In this document: positions 28,810-37,551 of the stretch, piece by piece
Layout: each line of letters starts with the position of its first letter
How positions within the stretch are numbered: position 1 is the first letter of the stretch
Assembly (NCBI GenBank): GCA_033763455.1
Contig: JANRKO010000023.1
Location: 334,689-398,688 of the forward strand
Origin: Polyangiaceae bacterium
Lineage (GTDB): Bacteria; Myxococcota_A; Polyangia; Polyangiales; Polyangiaceae
DNA length: 64,000 bases
Reading direction: 5' to 3'
Made by a program: the position numbers and the translations under genes
Notes under the pieces: model-generated
Databases searched by the model: none
The model's input: the letters and a program-made list of their open reading frames with translations, nothing else
What the model was told of the DNA's origin: nothing

Positions 28810-29817
28810 TCAAGGAAGCTTCGCCTCAAGCGCCAGTGCTCCCAAGAAATACGGCTGCCCAAAGCTAGCCTCTGTTTTCGCCAGAGACTGAATCGCCACG
28901 CGCTTCGCGGACATTCCAAAACGGAGATCCGAACGTATGCACCAACTCGGGCTCAGATGGTTGAAGAACGAACCCTGACCGAAGCCCACGCCTGTGATGA
29001 GCGTTTCGCGCCTTCCCTCGTAGGAATTCCAAGCTTCGGGTTTGCCATCGAGCTCAACCACGAGCAGTCCACCTCCACCACCTAACGACATTCCCACCAG
29101 AGAACGCGTGATCGGCACCTCCAAAAACAAAGCTGCCAGGCTGAGTCGCACATCCACCTTTCCTGCTGGTACTTTCAACTCCTGTGGAACAACTGCCGTA
29201 GAGCCAAACGCGCCAACGCGAAACGACTCCGCAGGCTCGATCGCAAGGGAGGCGCTAACTTGCGGCAAGAGCCCGACGCCTCCCGAGCTAAGCCCGATTG
29301 CCGGCCCTACTCCAATCCAAGTCTTGGATGACCAGGGTATGGGTGCTTGACTCTTCTCGTCCCGCGGCACGGACGGCCTCGATTTCGTCAACTCCATTGC
29401 CCGCCAACGTGTCATCTGCGTTCGCAAGATCTCAACAGCACGCAGCCCAGGGATTTCTGGTGCGTCGCCTGCCGCGACTGGGATCTGCTCGTGGTACTGA
29501 ATGAGCTCGGACTGAGGCTCGATCACCCAAATTTCCACCCCTTCGGGAGTGGAAAGCAACGTCGCAACAGCGTGGGCCTGGCGCGTGATTGCCAGGAGCT
29601 CAGGTGGCGACGGTTGAACGTCGCGTATCAATTCGGTCACAACAAACCCCATTGCGGAGAGCTCTGCCCGGACCTTCTGAGCAAGCTCAGGTGTGGTGCC
29701 ATCATGCGCCAACACCACAATACGCTGTGCTGCCGGAATGGCCGAGGCAGCACCACTCGTTGCCGAGGTGATTGCGGCTCCTAAGAGAACAAACGAGACC
29801 AATAGGCTGCGAAGCAA
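28810..29817 (-). CDS. Exported protein with probable C-terminal beta-barrel, last gene of the ECF-FecR operon
   Basis: Signal peptide, RAELSAMGF.V and GLRAVEILR motifs, alternating Gly/aromatic C-terminal strands. Confidence 0.55.
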   Translation of the reverse strand: MLRSLLVSFVLLGAAITSATSGAASAIPAAQRIVVLAHDGTTPELAQKVRAELSAMGFVVTELIRDVQPSPPELLAITRQAHAVATLLSTPEGVEIWVIEPQSELIQYHEQIPVAAGDAPEIPGLRAVEILRTQMTRWRAMELTKSRPSVPRDEKSQAPIPWSSKTWIGVGPAIGLSSGGVGLLPQVSASLAIEPAESFRVGAFGSTAVVPQELKVPAGKVDVRLSLAALFLEVPITRSLVGMSLGGGGGLLVVELDGKPEAWNSYEGRRETLITGVGFGQGSFFNHLSPSWCIRSDLRFGMSAKRVAIQSLAKTEASFGQPYFLGALALEAKLP

Positions 29818-29846
29818 AGCCGCTCCAACCTATGCGAGCCCATAGC

Positions 29847-31244
29847 TCATGGCGAGATGAGTTGGCGGGCGAGGGGCGCCCCAGGGCCCATTGGATACTC
29901 CGCCAAATACCGTCGCGCAGAGGCCGAGGCCTCACTCTTTCGACCCAAACGGTGCTGCGCCTCCATCAAACGGCCGAGCGCTTCACGAGCGAGGCCGCCC
30001 GAGGGATTCTCAGCGAGATAGGTACGAAACCAACTCACCGCCTGCCCGTAGTTGCCACGTTCATCGAACGCTAGGCGCGCCAAGAAGTAAGCAGCCAAGG
30101 TTGACTCCGAGCTAGCCGCAAATCGGTGGCGGACCGCGCTATATGCATAGTCGGCGCGCGGCACATTACCCGCGTAACGCGCCACGTCCGCCAGGAGCAT
30201 CAACCCTTTGGGCTCCAGACGAGCACACTCAGCCTCAAACCCGACCTGCTCTGCGGCCCGCAGCGCGCCCTTATAATCATGCGCCGCCGCCAAAGCCTGC
30301 CATGTCGCTGAAAGCGCAGGAGCAACCGCGGGCTGCTGAACCGGAGGGGAGCTCTCCATGCCTCCACCGGGTTTGACCGCAACGTCTCGACCCTCGCGAT
30401 GACTGCTATTGGGAGAGCCCTGACCTACGTCCTCTCTCGGGCTGTCGGAGTGTCGCGAAACGCCCATCGGCGGCGCAGGCAAGGGGGTGCCCGGACTGCC
30501 CGACGCGACAACCAACGCGGCGCCACTGCCGGACACCGGAGTAGGAGCCGCAGAAGCCGAAGCGCCGCCAGCTCTTGGTCCACCAAGTGTAGTTTCGAGC
30601 CGCTCCGCCCTGCAGAATGCTCGCACTGTCTCGCCGGCAACCACGGCCCTGCCTTCCCCAAATAGGCAACCGGATATCTGCACACGCCCCTTGTAAAGCG
30701 TTAGCTCAAATTTGTCGCTTTCGGGCTGCCACGCGACATCGAAATGAGTACCAAGAACGTTCACCACGTACGGACCCAAATTGAACTTCCAACTCGCGTG
30801 CGGCTTCGGAGCAACGTGCACCTCGGCCTTACCCGATTCTACAATCATCTCTGCGCCAACGGCCGAAACACTCGTCACCCGAGCCCGCGTGCCGCCGACG
30901 AGCGTTACGAGTGATCCATCCGAGAACGAAACAGGTATGGTTTGGTCATTTTCGACCGACCACCAGCCAGCCGTTGGGTCACGAAGCTCCACACCACGCA
31001 CCAACACCGCTAGAGGCTGTTCGCCCAATACCTTGGGCAAACCGAACACCAACCCTATCGCGCCCACAAGCGCCGCCGCAGCTAATGCTACCCTCAAAGA
31101 GAGCCGGGACGCTGAAATTCTAGCTTGAGGCACCTTTTCCAGGATTGCGGCGCGCGCCCGCGCTCGCTGTTCTTGCCAGCGCCAAGCATCTTCCTCGTGA
31201 GCCAGTTTTTTCCCCAGCTCGTGAAGTTTTTCGGTCGAAGTCAT
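29847..31244 (-). CDS. FecR-domain anti-sigma/sensor with C-terminal TPR
   Basis: TM helix, FSDGS.VTL...TRA, VNVLGTHFDV.W, L..GRV, then TPR-like 'A..WF..YLAE.P.G.LA.EA.GR'. ATGA overlap with the sigma gene. Confidence 0.8.
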   Translation of the reverse strand: MTSTEKLHELGKKLAHEEDAWRWQEQRARARAAILEKVPQARISASRLSLRVALAAAALVGAIGLVFGLPKVLGEQPLAVLVRGVELRDPTAGWWSVENDQTIPVSFSDGSLVTLVGGTRARVTSVSAVGAEMIVESGKAEVHVAPKPHASWKFNLGPYVVNVLGTHFDVAWQPESDKFELTLYKGRVQISGCLFGEGRAVVAGETVRAFCRAERLETTLGGPRAGGASASAAPTPVSGSGAALVVASGSPGTPLPAPPMGVSRHSDSPREDVGQGSPNSSHREGRDVAVKPGGGMESSPPVQQPAVAPALSATWQALAAAHDYKGALRAAEQVGFEAECARLEPKGLMLLADVARYAGNVPRADYAYSAVRHRFAASSESTLAAYFLARLAFDERGNYGQAVSWFRTYLAENPSGGLAREALGRLMEAQHRLGRKSEASASARRYLAEYPMGPGAPLARQLISP

Positions 31245-31885
31245 GCCGGCTCTCCCACCCACTCGAGTAGCGAGGGATCTTGCCTTGCCAGCTCTACGAA
31301 GCGCGTCTGCGCGCGGCTTAGCCGGCGCTTGATGGTTGCAAGCGAAGTGCCGCAAGCCTTCGCCACCTCGGTGAGCTCCATGCCGTCAATGAAGCGCAGG
31401 GCAAACGGAATGCGCTCGTCTGGAGGCATCTGATTCAACACCGCGTACGTCTTCTTGAGCGCTTCGCTCACTTCAGCGCTCGGGTGCATAGCCTCCTGCT
31501 CGGGCAACTCCTCTGTGGGAGAGAACAACAAGAATCGCCAGCGCACGCGCTTGCGGATCCGCCCTCGGGCGGTGAAGACGGCGATCTGCGTGAGCCAACC
31601 ACGCAGCGCGCTCGGATTTTCGAGACGACGCATCGACCCGAGCGCCGATACGAATACGTCCTGCAGAAGGTCATGAACGTCCGGATCCGGTCCGAGTACC
31701 CGCAAGAGCACACGATGCACCAGCGGGCTATAGCGATCGAACAGCGCAGCCCCCGCATCGCGCTGACCGGCACACACCCCTGCTACGATAGCCGCGTCGC
31801 TCAAGGGAACCGGAAGCTCGACCACCTTGGGGGTGTGCGGGCGCTCCGGTCGCAGCGGGATGAGGTTCGAAGACAATGCGGCCAC
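31241..31885 (-). CDS. ECF RNA polymerase sigma factor
   Basis: LFDRY, DLLQDVF, LRGWL..IA, region 4 'ERIPFALRFIDGMELTEVA..CGTSLATIKRRLSRA'. GTG at 31885 follows AGGAG. Confidence 0.9.
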   Translation of the reverse strand: MAALSSNLIPLRPERPHTPKVVELPVPLSDAAIVAGVCAGQRDAGAALFDRYSPLVHRVLLRVLGPDPDVHDLLQDVFVSALGSMRRLENPSALRGWLTQIAVFTARGRIRKRVRWRFLLFSPTEELPEQEAMHPSAEVSEALKKTYAVLNQMPPDERIPFALRFIDGMELTEVAKACGTSLATIKRRLSRAQTRFVELARQDPSLLEWVGEPA

Positions 31886-32064
31886 AGACTCCTGACGGTA
31901 CTCAGCTAGGTTTCCTGAGTTTAGTGTTTTTCTGAGTGGAAATCGGCTCAAAGGCCCCAATATCTGGGGAACGCGAGCTTTTCGACAAAATGTGGGGCAA
32001 ACTGCACCTGCAATTCCACTTGAGCCGTGCCCCAACGGGCCGGCAACTTGCCCCCTCAGACACC

Positions 32065-33021
32065 ATGCACTCAAGTCACCCAGGATTGAGACGCATTACG
32101 GCTCTCGCCGTGGTTTTCATCGGAGCCGGTCTTGGGGTCGCGAGCTGCGGCGAAGTTCGAGGCCAAGCCATAGTGGAGGGAGCGATCGCGCCCCAGCCGA
32201 GTGGGGCCACCACGGCGACGAGCAAGCCAACAGGGTCTCTACCTTCTGGGGGCAGTGGCTCTGGGGGCACCCCCAACCAGTTTCCGCCAAGGCGGGAGCA
32301 AGGCGGGGCCCACAGTGGCTTTCCGCGCGGCTCTGCCGCTGGCAGCGGGTCCGAGCTCACGGCTCCAGATGTTCAGCTCTGTCAGCCGTGCCGAGAGCAT
32401 CGGGATTGCCCAAGAAACGACAGCTTCTGTATTCACGCACCGAACACCCCAACTGGGTTCTGCGGCTTCGGGTGTTCCCACGACAAGTGCCCACCGGGCC
32501 ATGCGTGCGTATCCATCGAGCAGGCACCTGTTCCCCAATGCGTGCCCGTACCCGGAGTCTGCCCGCTCATTACGCCAACCCTTTTCGGACCATTGGCTCC
32601 GCAGGCTGAAATGCGCGCATTTAACCTAATGTTGCTCAATCGTTTCCGGATGGAGCGCGGATTAACTCCTTTGGTAGAGGATGAGTGCTTGGGTGCCGAG
32701 GCTGAGATAGCGACTTCGGATTGGTTGCGGTCGGGCCGACAACACGGATATTTTTCCAACTCTTGCGAGCCCTTTCGGCCAAACTGTGCTTGCGGCTGGC
32801 TTGAGGAAAATCAGGGATTTTCGCTGGACCTGCAGACAGGTTGGCAAGACGCGCTTCAAGCCATCATCGAAGATGAGGTGCGCCTTCATCCTAACGATCA
32901 TTTCGCTAACAACATCTTTTCCGAGAGCCTCGAAAGAGTTGGGATTGGCATCATCGTGGGCGAGAGAAAGCTTTGGTTTACCAACGCTTTCGGTGGGGCC
33001 ACTGAACAACCACTGCCTTAG
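32065..33021 (+). CDS. Lipoprotein with Cys-rich domain and CAP/SCP-like domain
   Basis: VASC lipobox, CQPC...DC...FC Cys cluster, LNRFR..RGL.PL, ENQG, H..NI....VGIG. Confidence 0.65.
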   Translation: MHSSHPGLRRITALAVVFIGAGLGVASCGEVRGQAIVEGAIAPQPSGATTATSKPTGSLPSGGSGSGGTPNQFPPRREQGGAHSGFPRGSAAGSGSELTAPDVQLCQPCREHRDCPRNDSFCIHAPNTPTGFCGFGCSHDKCPPGHACVSIEQAPVPQCVPVPGVCPLITPTLFGPLAPQAEMRAFNLMLLNRFRMERGLTPLVEDECLGAEAEIATSDWLRSGRQHGYFSNSCEPFRPNCACGWLEENQGFSLDLQTGWQDALQAIIEDEVRLHPNDHFANNIFSESLERVGIGIIVGERKLWFTNAFGGATEQPLP

Positions 33022-33324
33022 GTGGTGGGGGTTGGAAAGGGTGCCCCTTGGGGACCTTGTCTTTCGCAATCTGCGCCGGACCTAACCACCAAGAGAAACC
33101 GCGCGCACCCTAGGGTTTGTCGCCTTACGCCATGTTCGTATGTCAAGTCGGAAGCGGGGCGCCATCGGAAATCAGGTCACGAGGGATGAGTCGCGTGGAT
33201 CGGTTCTAAAGGAGCGATTAGCACGCACCTCAAGGTATCTTCGCGTTAAGTTGACGTCCAAAGAGCGTGCTCCAACGCCCACGTGGCAACCACGTCGATT
33301 CGCTGGTAAACTCTCCGCCTCGTC

Positions 33325-33747
33325 ATGAGGTTGTCCACACGGCTCTCTATTGCCTGCCTTCTGATCGGAACGGCCGCTGGCTGCCTCGATTCGGGGCCCG
33401 TGTGCTTGAACCCACAACCGGATCTTCCGGGGTGCGGCCGCGAATCAGACCTCGCTGCGGCTCCGATGGGGACGCAAGGTACGTCGGCGCCAGGGGCGTC
33501 GTTGGGAACCGGTGGTGCTTCGGGCGTAAATGTGGATCCGAATGCTGGCGTCGGTAGTCCTTCGCCAACGGGTGTGCCTGGTGCAACGCCGCCTCCGAAT
33601 GCTACTGGTGGCTCTGCGGCGAGCGGAGGTTCTGCAAGTGCAGAGACACCTCCGGGAGCGGCGGGCGCTCAGTCGTCGACCGGCGGCACGGGCGGTGTCA
33701 GCAACACGGCGATTATGAGTGGTGGAGCGGCAGGAGCCGAGCCCTGA
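33325..33747 (+). CDS. Small Gly/Ala/Ser-rich lipoprotein
   Basis: AAGC lipobox, CLNPQPDLP motif, low-complexity tail. Confidence 0.55.
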   Translation: MRLSTRLSIACLLIGTAAGCLDSGPVCLNPQPDLPGCGRESDLAAAPMGTQGTSAPGASLGTGGASGVNVDPNAGVGSPSPTGVPGATPPPNATGGSAASGGSASAETPPGAAGAQSSTGGTGGVSNTAIMSGGAAGAEP

Positions 33748-33748
33748 G

Positions 33749-34621
33749 CTATTGCGCGCGCCCCGCGGCTATCCAGTGCTCGCTCAGGCTCCACAGGCGA
33801 TCGGCCGCCAATGGATCCCGCGCTGCGCGGGAAGGGGCAACCTCTCGGCACTTCGCGAAGTACGCGCCCGAAATGTCGCGCAACCTTGGCTCGCTCGCGC
33901 AATAGATGGTCGTTTGCGCGCCTTTTTCAACCGAGATAGCGAACGGTTGAGCCAGCCGAATACCCAGGCGAATAAGGCCTCTGGTGTCGCCATCGGCCCC
34001 AAACTTTGTGGACACAAAGCCAGGATGGAGCGCATTCACTGTAACCCCAGTGCCCTCCAGTTTTCTGGCCAAGCTGCGCGTGAAGTAAATATTCGCCAAT
34101 TTGGAACGGCAATACGCAAACCAACCGTTGTAGCGATGCCTCGACTGGATGTCCTCAAAATCAAGGCCGCCCGGGGCCCGGTGGTGGGCATCGGAAGCCA
34201 CGTTGATGATGCGTGCCGGAGCTGAAGCGCGCAGCCGTTCCAAGAGTAGTTGGGTGAGCAGGAAATGCCCCAGGTGGTTAACTCCTAAAGTCATCTCAAA
34301 ACCTTCACGAGTTTCACGACGCTCCGTAAGCACAGCTCCCGCGTTGTTAATCAACACATGCAGCGACGGGCAGCGTTCGAGGAATTCGGCCGCCATACTC
34401 CGGATAGAGGCGAATGAAGCTAGATCCAAGACAAACACCCCCACCTTCCCTCCGCACTCCGCTTCAATGGCGCGAGCCACTCGTTCCCCCTCGGCGAATA
34501 CGCGAGAAGTCAGATAAACACGAGCGCCGCGGCGCGCCAGCGCTCGAGCTGTTTCCCTGCCGATCCCAGCGTTTCCACCGGTAATCAGTACGCTTTTGCC
34601 CGCGATATCCCAAGCGGACAT
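33749..34621 (-). CDS. SDR oxidoreductase (retinol dehydrogenase-like)
   Basis: ITGGNAGIG, LDLAS, LINNAG, VNHLGHFLLT, YCRSKLAN, ALHPGFV. Start overlaps the tyrS stop. Confidence 0.92.
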   Translation of the reverse strand: MSAWDIAGKSVLITGGNAGIGRETARALARRGARVYLTSRVFAEGERVARAIEAECGGKVGVFVLDLASFASIRSMAAEFLERCPSLHVLINNAGAVLTERRETREGFEMTLGVNHLGHFLLTQLLLERLRASAPARIINVASDAHHRAPGGLDFEDIQSRHRYNGWFAYCRSKLANIYFTRSLARKLEGTGVTVNALHPGFVSTKFGADGDTRGLIRLGIRLAQPFAISVEKGAQTTIYCASEPRLRDISGAYFAKCREVAPSRAARDPLAADRLWSLSEHWIAAGRAQ

Positions 34622-35895
34622 TAGCTCCACCGCGTTACGTGCCAGGCCTTCTTACCACGCCGGATCAATAACAGTTTGCCATGTAGTAGATCACTCTGGG
34701 TCACAGCAGCCTCGGCACCGATCTTGTTTCCATTAAATAAGATCGCCCCATTCGATAGGAATTCCCGCGCCTGACGTTTGCTGCTCGCCACTCCAGCTTC
34801 TACCAGAAGATCGACCGCCGGGACGCCGAGGCCGGTGAGCGAACTCAACGTGTGCGCGCTGCTCGGCGCAGATGCCAGCACTTCTTCTAACAGCGCCTCG
34901 GGCAACTCGCGAACTTCCCCAGAAAAGAGCGCAGCTGAGGCTTGCTCTGCCTGGAGCCTGGCCTCAGGCCCGTGCAGAAGCTCTGTCATGTGGCTGGCTA
35001 GTGCGCGTTGCGCGGGCCGTGCCGCGGGATCGCTCGCTTGTTGCCCCAATAGCTCCGCGATTTCGCCAAGTGAAAAGTGGGTGAACACCTTTAAGTACTT
35101 CTCCACCTCATCATCTGCAGTGTTCACCCAGAACTGGTAAAATTGGTACGGAGAGGTTCGTTCCGCCGTGAGCCAAATAGCGCCGCTTTCCGTCTTTCCG
35201 AACTTGGTGCCGTCGGACTTGGTGATCAGAGGGGACGTGAAGCCAAACACCTCAGTTTTCCGAAGGCGTCGAATCAAATCCACCCCAGCTACGATGTTGC
35301 CCCACTGATCGGAGCCGGCTACCTGCACCGTTACGGAGTTGTGATCCAGAAGGTACAAGAAATCATACGCCTGGAGCAGCATGTAGGAAAACTCGGTGTA
35401 GCTGATCCCCTGCTCGCGGCCGTGCAAACGCTCGCGCACCGAATCCTTCTGGATCATCATGTTGACCGAGAAGTGTTTGCCTATATCGCGAAGCGCCTCA
35501 AGAAAGCCGAGCTTGGATAACCAATCACCGTTGTTCAGCACGAGGGCTGCATTGGGGCCGTCAAAGTTGAAAAGTCGCCGGAAGATGCGACTCTGGCTCA
35601 ACACGTTAGCGCTGATCTCACTGGCATCCAGCGTCGGGCGCTCCGCCGATTTCCCCGACGGATCCCCAATCAACCCTGTACCACCGCCGAGAATGATTAC
35701 CGGCGTGTGACCCGCTCGCTGGAACCGGGCAAGCAGCTGAAGCGCCAGCAAATTCCCGACGGTAAGCGAGTCTGATGTTGGATCAAACCCGCAGTACACA
35801 CGGCGGGGTTGCGCCAAGTGTTCGGCGAAGGCCTCAGCATGAGTCTGCTGGTATACAAGCCCGCGGGCTGTCAGATCTTCAAGCAGGGTGAGCAT
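34621..35895 (-). CDS. tyrS: Tyrosine--tRNA ligase
   Basis: YCGFDPTSDSLTVGN, GDPSGKS.ER, EFSYMLLQAYDF, GSDQWGNI, KFGKT, C-terminal S4-like domain ending RRGKK. Confidence 0.96.
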   Translation of the reverse strand: MLTLLEDLTARGLVYQQTHAEAFAEHLAQPRRVYCGFDPTSDSLTVGNLLALQLLARFQRAGHTPVIILGGGTGLIGDPSGKSAERPTLDASEISANVLSQSRIFRRLFNFDGPNAALVLNNGDWLSKLGFLEALRDIGKHFSVNMMIQKDSVRERLHGREQGISYTEFSYMLLQAYDFLYLLDHNSVTVQVAGSDQWGNIVAGVDLIRRLRKTEVFGFTSPLITKSDGTKFGKTESGAIWLTAERTSPYQFYQFWVNTADDEVEKYLKVFTHFSLGEIAELLGQQASDPAARPAQRALASHMTELLHGPEARLQAEQASAALFSGEVRELPEALLEEVLASAPSSAHTLSSLTGLGVPAVDLLVEAGVASSKRQAREFLSNGAILFNGNKIGAEAAVTQSDLLHGKLLLIRRGKKAWHVTRWS

Positions 35896-35962
35896 GGCCG
35901 TGGCTTCTACCACGATCTGCCGGTCGTTTACCCATCCCGGAGCGGCGGGTAAGCAAACACTC

Positions 35963-37477
35963 TCACCACCAAAGGCCAGCGAACGCCGTAATCACGTTTT
36001 CGTCTTGGTACACGCGCTGATCTTGACCCCCGCCTGGGCCATTCGCGATGGTGCCCTTACCGTAGTTGATGCGGCTGTACTGCAAAACCAGCTGGTCATT
36101 ACTGTTCCAGTCGGATTTGAAGATCACGCGGGGAGAAATCATCTGATAGGCGAACTCGTTGCCAGCCAGCTGAGCGTTCACTGGCTTTCGAGGATTGTAC
36201 GAATTCACGACGTCTGCACGAATCCCAGCAGAAAGCCAGGACATCATGGCGTAAGTGGCCTCTACGCCAAACTTTGATTTCGACTTCCCATCGGTGGTCA
36301 CGTCGTCGCTATCCGTCTTCTCGTAAATTCCAAACACAGAGGCAAACACATCTGGCCCGTAGCCCTCCAGCTCCGGATAGAGGAGATTTGCGATGCTCAA
36401 ATCGTACTGCGCACCGGCTACGAGCATACCCCCATTTCCCTGCGAGCTCGCGCCTACCTTGAAACCCAAATATTCGTCGATGATCCCTTGACCAGAGGTA
36501 TTAAAGACGCGGTACCCTCCGCCCAATTTCGGGTAAACGTTAGGGTACTGCACACTCGGGAAGATGTGCTCAAACGTATGTTTACCGCCACCCACATAGA
36601 GGTGACCATACTGCTTCGCGGTAAGCCGGGCTTCAGCCCCAACGAACGTGGCAGTTGGGAAAGCCGGCAAGGTGGTCAGCGCGGCGCTAGCACCTGGCTT
36701 CTGGTCGCTGACATTCCTCACATCGATGTAGTGGAGGCCCAGTTGGAGCAAGTGGGCATAGGAAAAACCGCCGTGAAAGTGGGTTGCGATGGTCGGCGCA
36801 TTCGCATCGAGCCCCGGGAAACTGAACCCCTGTTCGAGCAAAAAGCCCATGTTGTCGACATTGAAAGCAAGTTGAGTAGTTTCGCCGGGCCCCTTAATGT
36901 CCGCGAAGAGTGGGGTGCCATAGCGCCCTAGATCATTCTCCCCCATGACACCGTACCGGTTGTGGAAATCGCCCACAGTTATCCGAATCATTTGCCCAAG
37001 TGCCTCGGTCAGATCAACCGTAATGAAGGCGCTCTCAAAGCTCGCCCCCTGCATGAGAAGTGTGCCCTTCACTTCGGGGCTGCCGTAGGTCATTGCCAAT
37101 TGGACATATCCGGGCGGAATTGCTCCGGTCCATGCAAATTGGCTGGGATTGCTCCCAGGGTAGAACGCCGGGTAGTGAACGATGGTGTCAGATTGACCTG
37201 GGGCCTTGGTACGCGCGTCACGAGGCCCCACCGTAAATGTCACGGGTAACTGAAACTGCCCATGAAAGTTAAAAACCCAATCATCGTTACGGGTGGACTC
37301 GTAACCATTGTTAAGGCTGATGTTCCCGCTCGGGTTTGTCGGAGCACCGGGGTCCAACCCGAGGCTCGGCGGAGTGACGCTCATCACCTCTTCGTTGGCT
37401 TGTTCCTCCTGCGCGGCAGCTGGTGCTGAGACAGTGAGACCCGCCAGCACCATCACGCTGATTATGGAGCGTTTCAT
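35963..37477 (-). CDS. Putative outer-membrane beta-barrel protein
   Basis: Signal peptide, WVFNFHGQF, aromatic alternating strands, C-terminus FAGLWW. Confidence 0.6.
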   Translation of the reverse strand: MKRSIISVMVLAGLTVSAPAAAQEEQANEEVMSVTPPSLGLDPGAPTNPSGNISLNNGYESTRNDDWVFNFHGQFQLPVTFTVGPRDARTKAPGQSDTIVHYPAFYPGSNPSQFAWTGAIPPGYVQLAMTYGSPEVKGTLLMQGASFESAFITVDLTEALGQMIRITVGDFHNRYGVMGENDLGRYGTPLFADIKGPGETTQLAFNVDNMGFLLEQGFSFPGLDANAPTIATHFHGGFSYAHLLQLGLHYIDVRNVSDQKPGASAALTTLPAFPTATFVGAEARLTAKQYGHLYVGGGKHTFEHIFPSVQYPNVYPKLGGGYRVFNTSGQGIIDEYLGFKVGASSQGNGGMLVAGAQYDLSIANLLYPELEGYGPDVFASVFGIYEKTDSDDVTTDGKSKSKFGVEATYAMMSWLSAGIRADVVNSYNPRKPVNAQLAGNEFAYQMISPRVIFKSDWNSNDQLVLQYSRINYGKGTIANGPGGGQDQRVYQDENVITAFAGLWW

Positions 37478-37551
37478 TGGCAACCTACCTTCTGAGCCTG
37501 GGGTTTTCACAGAATATCCTCTTCTTCGCTTCAACAGTGTCATGGCCCACC

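Noticed and set aside
35762..35769. GTAAGCGA, matching the start of the IS66-like end
   Set aside because: Only 8 bp, inside intact tyrS; a chance match.
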